NCBI GenBank assembly: GCA_965637545.1
Contig: OZ281496.1
Span: forward strand, 3,782,001 to 3,846,000
Direction: 5' to 3'
Origin: Phallusia mammillata
Lineage: Eukaryota
Length of the DNA: 64,000 nt
A program made the position numbers and the translations under genes. Below, piece after piece: positions 23,140 to 35,204 of the stretch (position 1 is the first letter of the stretch; each line of letters starts with the position of its first letter). Under the pieces are notes generated by a model. The model made no database searches. It worked only from the letters and a program-made list of their open reading frames with translations, and was not told where the DNA came from.

Positions 23140-26100
23140 ATGTCAATCAGGCTGATAAAGGTTGCTCTTTTCGTCTGCTCTATGAGTTTATTACATCGAG
23201 GTAAGTAATTTTAAAACATAGCCAGTCGAAAGTAATTGTTCTAATGGCGGCATACAAAACTTACAAACTTCATAGACTTAGATGACATTTTACTGCAATG
23301 TATCAAATAAAGCCCTAATTGTGTAAGTTTAAATATTGCATTTGCACGAACAGCTTTGAGTTGTTTGCGACGAGCTTCAAAATATGGTTTCCCGTCATTT
23401 AAAACAAGGTTAAAAAACAAATTTTAATCATTTTCGAACTATTGAAATCAAACAAATACTTTGACAAAACCATTTTATTAGGGTCTTATGGGCTCGGTGT
23501 AAAATATTGTTCCAGTTAACTGGTAAAACATATTCACCAGGCTTAAAATAGCGACGCAAAGTTGCGATGTCATAAACCGCGAGAAAGCGGATGGCACATT
23601 GGCGGAAATATAAAAAAAACGCGCTGCAGCTATGCCGAACTCTCTATGTAGCAGCTTATTGGTGTCAGGATTGTAAAGGGATGCTCGATTGTTAAAATTT
23701 ATTTTTCTGATGGTCAATTTCATATTAAGTGTCGGACGGTCAGTGTCACGACGGGGATGTAACTACAATTCACTTTTCTGACAACATTTTACCTGAATGT
23801 ACCACATATACTCGCCGCTTTATCCACGATCAGGGTTCCACAAGATTGGTTACTTATTTTCGAAGAGGAGAGCTAGCTGCAGACAACTTTTGTGAGGTAA
23901 AGTCTTATGAGTATAGCTTTCGACTTCGGTACATAAGATTTTGTTGGTTTGGTTCTTTTTTAACCTCTAGGGTGGAGGTCACGCACACAGTAAGTCTGCA
24001 TCGTATTGCTAGTTGTTAGTTACTTTATTTGTTGATATTTTTTTTATCAAAACAGGTTCACACGTGTACGCATATAACATCTTTTCTTCGATTCGACTTG
24101 AGTAACGAACCAAAATCTATTTTTTAAACTATTTTAACTCGATTTGTGGTTTGTTTCAAATCCATGGATTAAAAAAATACTTTGGAATGTTGTAGATTTA
24201 TTATGATTGGGAGTTGTTCTTGAAACAAAGTTGTTTTGGGAACAAATTTGGACTGGTTTTAACCAAAAGGGCTCATTTTTTGCCTGACTTTCTACTCGGC
24301 TACATTTGCTGCGTTTTTTTCGAGTTGGTTAAACGAACGGGTTTTCTTTTAAAAAGTTCGGGTTTGGCGTTTAGGGCTCAGACGTTCGGGCTCGGTAACA
24401 ACTCGTAATAAAACTAATTGCCACTAATGTGCAAATTTTGAGCATTATCCTCATTCTGTTTAATCTAGATTTACGAGGGATCCGACGACCAAGGTACATT
24501 GGCTGGAACGTTGGAAGGTGGAGGCTTATCTTTTCCGGTTTTCGTTGAAAGCTCGTCTGCTTATATATCATGTGTCACAAACCTCACAACGGGAACTGCA
24601 AAAATTCTTATGCACGCTGGTAAGTCACATCTATAAGTTTTCTCAAAATTTGGGCTTTTTAGGTGATAAGTAAGCTGCAGTCAGAGCGTCACTTTCGTTC
24701 TGTATCATCTCATCAGTGAAATGGTGACAAAAAATTGAGTGTGCAAATTCTTGCAGCCAGACTGTGTTGCGTTTCATGAGTAAGAGGTCAAAAGTAACTG
24801 CACAGAAACCAAATTTGTTTTACCAGCCGGACTGTCTGCAGCTAAACTAACAAACAATTAACGCCTTTTGTGTATTTTAGCTACTTTGTGCGGGGAAGAT
24901 GCTACAGGACCGATATATAATTTACAGTCTCCTAACTTTCCAAATAACTACCCAGCTACGGCTGGTTGTGTTTGGAGATTTCGCATGGAAAGCAGCACGT
25001 CCTTGGTGTTTCAATTCTCCACTTTTACAATCGAAAATAACTTTGACCTTTTATACGTAAGTGAGTGGTTATTTCTTTTTAAATTACATTGCAGAACCAA
25101 AACGGACCGAACCAGGTTTTAATCTTGTTTCGAGTTAACATTTTACAACATAATAATTTTTGGCAATGTAAAAAAACATAAGGACACACGGTGGCTGAGA
25201 TGGCAGTCAGGTCCAAATCAAACATATTTTGTTGAAACAAAAGTCGTACCTAAGCCGAAAAGCCTGGCTCTACATAAAACTTTCATTTGAACCAGGAGTG
25301 CACAACAAACAAATCCGTTCTAACGTTGCATAAAAATCTAGAAAACAATCTCTTTTATAGAGATTAATTTGAGGGCAATCATGTCCTAAATATTTAGGAC
25401 GCCATCATCTACATTGCACGTTGTACGTTGGTTTATTCAGTATTTGTACCCAATGATTAATAAGCAATGATTAATATGGTTACTAAGCAGGTAACAAATC
25501 TTTCCAGCCCCACGAAACCCAGTCCGAGCGGTTTTCCAACCTTAATTTCTAAAATAAGGCATAATCCATTAACACCCACTGTACATGTATTTTTGCGGCC
25601 TCATACTTTTGTCAGTTCTGCCGCGCCTTATGCACCCCCGATTTAAACCAGAATTTGTTTACACTTGTTGACTGGTGCGACATTATTTTCAGTTCAAAGA
25701 CGATCAAGGAAATGTAGAAAGATTGACTGGGAATTATGATGGAGGATTGAATCACACAGTTACTGCAACAAATCTTACTCTTATCTTTATCAGCGATACT
25801 GACGGAGCTGAGCAGGGATTTAATGCAACAGTCAACCTTCCATCAGGTTAGTGCAATTTGTTTTCAAAAGACAACAGACAAAAACGCAAATCTTACAATG
25901 AAAATGTTGGGTACATTTTCAAAAGTTTATACGGATGGAAATCATTTTAAACTTTGCGATTTACTCTCCATGCAAATCAGATTATTTTTAATTGATTTGT
26001 ACCATGTCATGTTGGTTATTTGTCGTTTTCTTAATTAAGTGGCATAATTTGTATGTTGTGGAAAAAGGAAAACAAAACCCATCAGGTCCATTTTATGGGT

Positions 26101-29100
26101 AACGACAATAAATTATGTTTTGAAACACTTGGTGGAATATGATGAAGCAAAATTTTATCTATCCAATGCAGCAAAGTAATCGTTGTTTTGTTCGAAAGTG
26201 TAAGCTAACCGTAAGTAATGCAATGTTTTTTGTAGGATCGCAACAATCAACGATGGTTTGTCAGACCGAAGGTTTGACCCTACCGTAAGTTCTTTTTTAG
26301 TGTTTAGGTTAACATTAAATAATCCTTAAGAAATATATAATGATTTTAGAATTTTTGTGGGGGGATGGCGTTTTTAGACATTGCACAAAGAAGTCGTTTG
26401 TGCAAAAGAAATATAGGCACCATCACAGGAATAAATAAGTAAGAAGTGGGTAATAATTTGACATGTCTGAAATTAATATTTCAAATTGCAGTTAATTTAG
26501 GTTGCACATTGAAAAGTGCGCATACATATAAATCTATTGAAATGTCACCGCTATATAATACCTGTTACAGCCACCGTTCTGCGCTTGATAACGTTTTGTC
26601 GGTACCAAGCTGGTTTTAAAGCAATTGTGTCTCTACAAGTGTTCTCTTCCCAAGCGATCAAAGAAAAAATTAACGCAACCCAACAACAAAAATAAGATTA
26701 CCTTCTAAACAGTGTTGTTAATGTAGTAGGCAGTTTCTTTGAAGATGCTGCATTAAAAGTGTTGTTGCTCTACAAAAACTCTAATGTCCAATATTCGCAG
26801 GGTTACGCCTGATGAACAGAACACATTGGACTACGAACTCGGTGACACTCTTTACATCGCATTAGACAGGGAAACTCCCCTTTTACAACTCAATGACAAC
26901 TGCAAGGTCACGGGGTCAGATCCGGTGTTCGTGTTTGACATTGGTCAGTGTGAAGGTGCCTACAAGGTAACATGCGATTTTATATATTAATGGTGTATAA
27001 AAAGATTGACAACGCTTAAACAAATCATCGGTTACATTTTAACAACGAAAAAGGATAGTTAGCAACGACCAAATGTGTTAAAATTTATCGCACCAAATAA
27101 AATAAAGTATTAAGATAGATTTGTTTAGTAAACTTTGTTGCGGTCGTATAAAAAATGATTACGTACATTTTTGTATTAACAGAATGAGAACGATATGGTG
27201 TCGGTGTCTTTTCTGATCTGGAGATTTTTAGCTCCATCCCCTGCCGTGGTCCAACGCGACATTCAAAACAAGCTCAATATGACTTGTCTATTTGAAGCCG
27301 ATCAAGTTCTCTCGTCATCTAATGTCCAACCACAAGTCGGGTAAGTGGACAATAAGGGCACATGCCATATGTTACACGGCAAACGACATCAGTTGGTAAT
27401 TGTTTCAATGGACAATGTTAGTTTTATCATCACTAGTACTAGCCAAACATTATGAAAAGTAACCAATAAAAACAAGAAAATGAAACTATAGTTCTAAATC
27501 CCTATAGAAATATGTTTAATTTTCTTCGAAATAACAATGTGCAGATCCGTTGAAATTTCGGCCGAGAATACAGGAAACTTTGACGTCGCTCTAAATCTTT
27601 TTACAAACGAACATTTCAACGAAAGCTTGTCTGGGGAAGTCACTGTGCCCAACTACATATTTGCTGAAGTTAAACTTGAAGAAGTTTCTCCAAGCAACGA
27701 TGACTTCATTGTCCAGGTAAATCATTAAGGCAACAAAGGTTACTAAATTGTAGTTCGCGTTTTGTAGAAAATGCACATTACAGTCGTTGCATTATTTTGT
27801 GTGTGACGTTATCCATCTTCTTGAGTAAAGATTTTAAAACTGTAAAACACTTTTGAGTTTTTATTCCCATGTTAAGTATTTAAGCATCATTTAGGTGCTA
27901 TAGGGGTTGCACATTTGATTTCATTACAATTTTGTATACAGCTTGAAGAATGTTGGGTAACACGCGTTGAAAACTCTGGTGGTTTGCCGAACTACCCTGT
28001 TGTAGTAAGCGGGTAAGCAGTACTTGTATTGGATTTGTAGTGTGCACTCTTGCTTTTCATAAAACTGAACGGCACACTGTTTTAGCCTTGCGTAAATTTG
28101 TGCCAATATGAGTAGATGTGTTGCGCCACCCAGTGGAGGCGAGGCTGCCGACGCGAAAATGTTGATCAGAAATTACCAAGCCAACTTTGCAACGTTCAAG
28201 CTGATGAGCTTTGTGTGGACAAACTTTACCGATGCAGAACAATTTATCTACATTTACTGCGACGTGACCATTTGTCAAAACTCAACTGGACAATGCCCTG
28301 GACAGGTGAGTTGAGTTTGTTTGCTCCGTTAGATTCAAAATAAGTCGGCCGTCGAGCTGCCCACATCATTGCAAGTAAAGTGGATTATATTTGATTGATT
28401 TATACGTCAATAAATTTGCTTTATTAAATTAACAGAGAAAAAACACGATATGTCTGAGTTTTTTCAGATTACATTTAGCTGCTTTATTTATTCTTAATAA
28501 TATTTATATACATCAAAAAAATTATAAATATTAAACTTATTTGCAGATGTGTGGTGGGAAAAAAAGACGGTCTGTTGACAACAATGGACGCAGCCAACGA
28601 CTTTCTGCAGGGCCAGTGCACATCTTACAAACTACCAAGTATCTTCTTATGCAAGGTACCAACACAATAGTTAAACTCTTCTTTCCTATATATTAACTTT
28701 GTTCAGGGCAAAATACTGCAGTTGCCTGTGTTTTAACTACTCAAATCATTGCATTTATCAACTAAAACCCTTGGGGACATATTTACTTAAGCTATATTAG
28801 ACCTCAATTATCAAACATTTCGCTTGTTTCTTTGTCTAAAATTACTGCGCCTTAAAGTGAATTTGTTTGTTTGTTTTATTTAATCCTCGATGGGCCGACA
28901 ACGCCTGAATGCGTTAACTAACAGTCAGTCCACGGTCGAGCTGCCTGAATTGTTGCAACTCAGTTGAATATTTATTATTTGAGACTTATAGGGGACGTTA
29001 ATGTAGTGCAACCCTTCGGGTTTCAGTGGGTTAGAGCAATTCCAAAGTTTTTTGCCCAGGGAAACACAAGCTGCCGAAACAGTATTAGAACCCACAAGCG

Positions 29101-29639
29101 ATTGAACGCAAGTCGGCTGCACTTACCACTCGGCCATTTTGGCAAACTCATGCATGGCCCTTAACGTAGCTTTTTTCCGTTTTTTTGAAGTTTTGTATCA
29201 AAAACATACTCCACACCGTCATAACCAGCAAACTTAAATTAAAAGTTACTTCAAAAAAGAAACACTTAATTCCGAATAATGGTAAGCGGTGAGTTCGAAT
29301 CCCACCATCAACTGATTCTTTATAATCTGAAGTGTATTGAGAATCAACTCGATTCGGCGTTAAATCTTTTGCAAACTTGGCCCACTTCGAAGTATACATA
29401 AGAGTGGTATTAATTTTAGTCTGTATGAAGTTTTTAATCTCTAGTTCAGGGGCAAATGCTTTCGCACGCATATATGTTTATCTAAGTTAAACTATCTTTT
29501 TATCGCAGACACTCCAGGAGACAGAGTTGAAGTAAATGAAGCAGAGTATAACATCTTTCAACTGCTGATGTTTGTTCTTCTGGTTGCTGTAATTATCGGA
29601 GCTAGTTACATTTTGTGGGGCAAAATTGCCCAGATGTGA
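23140..29639 (+). CDS. CUB-CUB-ZP-TM protein, gene 2 (divergent paralog), 584 aa, intact
   Basis: 13 exons, continuous frame: 23140-23200, 23730-23896, 24469-24619, 24881-25056, 25693-25846, 26236-26284, 26801-26966, 27183-27340, 27545-27716, 27942-28012, 28116-28305, 28547-28655, 29509-29639. Same intron phases as gene 1. KKRR/S furin site, LSAGPVHIL, TM LLMFVLLVAVIIGASYILW, very short tail GKIAQM*. Confidence 0.88.
28862..29143 (-). mobile_element. tRNA-derived SINE with CORE-like central domain, in gene-2 intron 12
   Basis: Reverse complement has box A TGGCCGAGTGG, a box B-like GGTTCTAATAC, TGTGTTTCCCTGGGCAAAAAACTTT..AATTGCTCTAACCCA (resembles the CCTTGGGCAAG core motif, recalled from memory) and an (AAAC)n tail. 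Confidence 0.7.
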
Positions 29640-31599
29640 ATTCCAAACAAATTGGTCTGTAAAATAACATTTCAGATTGAGTTTTCACAAATAACATTGT
29701 ATTAATTCTCATGACATAAACAAATTTCCCCAAAACAACAAATTAGGCAGCGATTTATTCTCAAATTCGTTGATAAATTTGCTAGAGGTTTCAAAACTAG
29801 TCATTACAGTACATGTAATATTTAATGCTTTATTGTTGTCAGAAAAATGCCTTGTCAAAGTGATTTTGTTTGTATGACTGTGAAACAATATAATCGGATG
29901 CAATTGATACTGTGTGTGTGTTGGTTATATGACCACCAAAGTTACATTTGCGCTTGGCACGTATGAATTAACCAGTCTAGAGTAACATGTGTCTCCTAAT
30001 TAAATTGTGATAGGAAGTATTACGAAGTTTGAAACATTGTTAGCAATAGACAGAAACTAGCTTGTTACACGATTTGACTTCCAAACCAGCTGTTTTTTTT
30101 TTAAATAATTGCTAAATTTGCACAATTCATGTTAACCACTAAATAAAACTGGAATGAAAGTTTAGAAATGGCAGTCACCGCCAGAATGACGTATTTTGAT
30201 CAAATAATTTACTGGTGAAGTCCTAACAGGTTTTTGGATAAGGAAATAATCTTGACAAGCTTATTTGTGGTGGATTTGGTTTGCAAGTTGGGATTGTTTC
30301 TTTTGATGTGTGAATTTGATTTCATGCACAACTTAATGCTTCCACCAAGTGTATCGATTGTATCCAACGTTCTATTTAGTTTCAGATTCAAACCAACCAA
30401 CCGTAAACATATATTATCTGTTGAATCAAATCTTCACAAACAAATAAACATTTTACATATTTATGTTTCGAAGAAAATCCAAATGAGTTTCGTTGCTTTC
30501 ATTAGACTTGAATTTTAACGGTTTGGATTTGTTTGGTCTGATCCATTTTAACATTTTTATTCATTAAATGTTTTGAGCAGTGGAAACACATGTGTTTATA
30601 TTTAACTTTGATTGTTTAATAATTTGGGTTTCACCCTATTTTTTGTAATGGCACTTTTGAAACGTACCGCTACTTTGCCATATTTATTAACTACTGTCAC
30701 GCACCAATAATTTTGACATCGACTAGTCGCGCCTGCACATTTGTAATTGGCCGGTAAGGTCATGTGACTTTTGGTCTGCCATGTTTTGTGTTATATTTAG
30801 GGCAGTTATTGCCTGGGCCTCATGGGGTTTGGAGCGTTTGCGTTGTAGTTACAAAACGTGGTCGTGTTGTGTTGTGTTGTAACTTATTAAAACTTTGGAG
30901 ATAGCCAATGTTCTTGCCATTTTATATTTATTATTTATATTAAAATTGTTTTAGTTGTTCGGTGTGAACATTACATCTTTGTCTTTAGCAGTAAGCCGTC
31001 AGTGCAGGAGAAATCTAGCAAGTTAGGGGCGGTGATCCTACTATAATAGTGGATAGGTTTGGGTCAGCATACTTTGTTTAGTGGAAGTTAACCACCTCGC
31101 CTTTTCCTAAATCCTAGGCCAAATCCGGTATCACCTAACTAATTTTGGTTGCAATTAAACCGATTTTTAATATTTTCACCTGAATCTAATGGTATCTCGG
31201 GGACGTTGTGAATGACCAAGATGTCTGCTTGTGCTGGAAAAGTCTCTGGCAGGTTCGACCGAACGTCAATTCACCAGTTTGATTGCTTCCTCTTGTTGTT
31301 GAGCTGTAATTGTGTCGTCATTGGCGTCGTGTCGCAAGTCGTCGCTTGATAAAGAAATGTCAGGCAATGTTAAGAAGCTGCAGCTTATCATTTAATAGCT
31401 CGATGCTTTTACATTGATACTGTGACACTGATCCGACTTCACTTTGGTTCCCAAGCAGTTGCTTGGCCATTGTTAGCCAGTTTCCTCTGTGGTGTATGCC
31501 CAGTTGTGGCATCGCACAGACTAGGTGAGGCATGGGTTTTTGCCTTGTTACTCCCAGCAAACTGGAGTGCCGTTGGATGGCTAGTATCAACGCAACATG

Positions 31600-32226
31600 T
31601 TTGTGCGAGCTTCTTTCTTAGCAAATACGTTTATATCAACGAAAATACTGGTTGTGGTTAGGAGAAGTGGTGCTAAGCACAGTTTTCAACTTGATATAGA
31701 TTTTCGTTTTTTTATGAACCATGAAGAACAAAACTAATGTTCAGATACTATCTTGGAATGGCAATATGTTGTATTGTTTTTGCAACTCAAACTGTTTCCT
31801 GGCATAATAAACAAAGTGGTAATATACATATTTGTTTTTGTGTGGTTCAGTTGTACACCCACCAAGTAGCATCCCGCAAACTCTTTACGTCGCGCAGCAA
31901 TAGCTTGTTCTACGGCAAATAAAATGCGTTATATTTTCGAACATCAAAAGATGTATTTTCGTAAGTTGGTATATGTTGGTTTAAACCACCAAATTGGGCG
32001 AAAGATGCCATTGTGGCAACTCTGGTACAGGATGTATGGGAGCATAAGCTTGTTATACTGTTTTACTTTTAAATGGGGCTTGTATTATTTGGTTTCAGAA
32101 ACATTGTATGCAGTGCATAATGTAAACGGTCGTTCATATTATTTAACAATTTCCCCCGACTTTAAGTCCTGGGTCCGACGATTTGTTTCAACTGGAGTTT
32201 CCTCTCGGTTAATTGACTATTTCCGT
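31600..32226 (+). pseudogene. Remnant of CUB-ZP intron 1 (3' part) plus truncated exon 2
   Basis: VSETLYAVHNVNGRSYYLTISPDFKSWVRRFVSTGVSSRLIDYFR aligns to gene-1 exon 2. The acceptor is changed AG>GG (tatttgg), two Cys are lost, there is no exon 1, and it is truncated at ~32226. Confidence 0.75.
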
Positions 32227-33757
32227 TGCGACGGAAAACGAAAACGTTTGTTGTAGTTGTTTTAAAACTTTTTTCCTGGTGTCAGATATAACGCGCAATT
32301 TTGATAACTGTCAACGGCTATTCTCATTCATTACGTTTCCTGTTTCCGAATTAAGCTTTAACAACTTAATTATTACGACATAGCATTTATTTCAATAATG
32401 ATTTCCAGCATCATGAATTCAACAAGTGAAACTTTTATTTGTAATTAACAACAAACGGCTATTTTTTGATTAAGTAACAACAAACAAACTAATACTGACG
32501 TGCGACATACAACAATAAGTTCCGTATGAGATTGGATCAAAGAATAATAAACTTTTGGCCAGTGGAAACACGTTAATGGAAGATTAAATTGAAATGGAAA
32601 ATCATTTCATGAACTAACAAACATTTCCCTCATACTTTTTGTTTATATTTAACAACGTTTCACTACATAATATTTAATTTGTTTCTACTTTGTCTACACG
32701 CACACTTTGTCTAGATTTAACTTTTCCCAAAACGTACCACTACTTTTGTTTACTTAATTAACTACTCTCTCGCACCAGTGATTTTGACGTCGTCGCGCCT
32801 GCACGTTTGTGATTGGCCGGAAAGATCATGTTACTTTTGACCTGGCGTATTGTGTGCTATATTTAGGGCAGTTCTTGCCTGGACCTTGTGGTGTTTAGAG
32901 CGTTCGCATTTTAGCTGCAAAGCATGACGGTGTTGTGTTGTAACATATTGAAACTTTGGAGATAGCCAACGTCATTTCAATTTCATTTTTATTATTTATA
33001 TTAAACTTGTATTAGTTGTTCGGTGTGAACATTACACCTTTGTCTTTAGCAGTAAGCTGTCAGTGCAGGAGAAATCTAGTAAGTTAAAGGCGGTGATCCG
33101 CTATAATAGTGGATAGGGTTGTGTAAGCTTACTTTGTTCAGTCAAAGTTAACCACCTCGCCTTTCCTTAAATTCCTAGGTCAAATCCGGGTTCACCTAAC
33201 TAATTTCGGTTACAATTATGCCGATTTTTTATATTTTTACCTGAATCAAATGGTATTTCGGTGGCGTTGTAAATGACAAAAATGTTTGCTTGTGCTGGGA
33301 AAGTCTCTGGCAGGTTGACCGAACGTCAATTTACCAGTTTGATTGCTTCCTCTTGTATTTGAGCTGTAACTGTGTCGTCATTGGCGTCGCTTTGCAAATA
33401 GGCGCTTGGTAAATAAATGTCAGGCAATATTGAGAAGTTTCATCTTTCCAACCGGAGTGCCGCTATACCCTTATGTGACACGTTTGTTGCAGGGGGTGCA
33501 GACTTCATGTGGTTAGTGATATTGCTGTTAAAAATATATCTCCAAAGTAAAAATGTCAAGTCGACTATTAAAAGCGGCTCTTTTTGTGAGCGCTCTGAGT
33601 ATGCTCCACCGAGGTTAGTGCATTCATTGATTTTTGTTGTGATTTCAACTTAAGTGGTATGCATGATAAGTCAAATTCTGGCAGTACGATAAAATTAAGC
33701 TTTGCTGTGCGGTTTTCTGGAGGACCACGAGTAAAAGCTCAGTAGAAACGACCAAAA

Positions 33758-34415
33758 CAGTGGTCGGCAACCGCCGGTACGCGGTCGGGTACGAGTTTCT
33801 GACGGGTTCGTTATCAGGCTGTATAATCTTTCAGATTAAATGGTCTAAAACATTTTGCCCATGTATCCCGGGGATTATAAACTAATTTAGGTTTTTTCAT
33901 TGCCAAATATTTGCAGTTTTTTTTAAGACCGGAAAGCTTTAGTTTCAAAAACGGTCCGCAACAGAGTTGCAAGCGGGCCCGAAATCTGAGCCCGAAACCG
34001 GCCCGAACCCGAAAGTATGAGCCCGAAGCCCGGCCCGAACCCGAAACGTTTTTGCGAAGCCCGTTTAGGCCCGAAATTTTGATTGACAGGATGAGAAAGA
34101 AAAAAGAGATAGACAACAAATACAATGATCAATAGTAGACCATGGGGTAAACAATACGTTTTAGAGTAGAGTGGGCATTAGGTCAAAGCCAGAGTTTCTT
34201 AGCCGAGTGATTTTATTTTGTTTTTTTAAATGGCGGACACGGAACGTAAAGTCAGGCCCGTTTTAAGCCCGTTTTCTCACAAATACCTAAGCCCGAACCC
34301 GGCCCGAACCCGGCCCGAACCCGGCCCGAACCCGGCCCGAACCCGAACCCGGCCCGAAAAGCCCGGCCCGACTTGCAACTCTGGTCCGCAATAGAAAAAA
34401 GGTTGCCGACACCTA
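33758..34415 (-). mobile_element. hAT (Charlie-like) MITE, ortholog of 7106-7325, interrupted by a nested element
   Basis: Same TIRs and flanks as 7106-7325, split at 33961/34384. Confidence 0.8.
33962..34383. mobile_element. Young GC-rich hAT MITE (422 bp) nested in another MITE
   Basis: TIR CAGAGTTGCAAG / CTTGCAACTCTG. Perfect 8-bp TSD GTCCGCAA (33954-33961, 34384-34391). Subterminal GGCCCGAACCC arrays. Absent from the left copy. Confidence 0.9.
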
Positions 34416-34684
34416 CTCCAAAAGACAGTAATGTTGTGTTGCAAATATCACGGGTGTTATATAAAGGGAGCTACGGGTCCAGAGGGTTACTTAAAGGGGT
34501 AATCGATCTATAAAAGGCTGGGAATCACTGTTCTGGTATTGAGAAATCAGAGAGAGTAACACGAGGACAAAAATTCAGGCCCCACATTGATTAGATATAG
34601 TTTAGTATTTAAAAAAATATTTTCTTCTTTAGTATTAATGCGACATCTTTAGGCGAGCTTCTTTCTTGGCTAATACGTTTATAT

Positions 34685-35204
34685 CAGTGGTTCCCAACCT
34701 TTTTGTAGTCACGGACCCCTTATATAATTTTTTTCGCTCCACGGACCCCCAACGTAATTTAGTTTTTTTTGCGTTTTCTGCATTATACGTTATTATACTT
34801 TCGTTTTTCGGGGGCAGAATTTTAATCAACCTTCACAGTCCTTTAACCTCAATAAAGTTCTGTACTGTAGCAGCCAATGCAACGAAGAGATGAATTTTCT
34901 AGTGTACAATACTTAAAACAAAGCACAAAGAATGCTATTGTTATTTGTTGTGGTGTGTGTTGTGATGTCACAATGGAGGTAACAATCACCATAACAGTTC
35001 ATAACAATAACAATCATAACAGTTTTCCTAATCCAAGGGTTTGATAAACAGTTTGCACTTATTTACAGGATTGTAAAAACGGTTTGGGAACCTAAAAATA
35101 TTGTACTGTTGTTAATGCTACTGCAAATATTTGCCTTCACGGACCCCCTGAAACCATCTCACGGACCCCTTAGGGGTCCGCGAACCCCAGGTTGGGAACC
35201 ACTG
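34685..35204. mobile_element. hAT MITE (520 bp) in gene-3 intron 1
   Basis: Perfect 16-bp TIR CAGTGGTTCCCAACCT, perfect TSD GTTTATAT, internal CACGGACCCC repeats. Empty site at ~7587 in gene 1. Confidence 0.92.

Noticed and set aside
33814-34135. ORFs 33814-34125, 33911-34135 and 33923-34132
   Set aside because: They are by-products of GC-rich MITE subterminal repeats and encode no transposase motifs.
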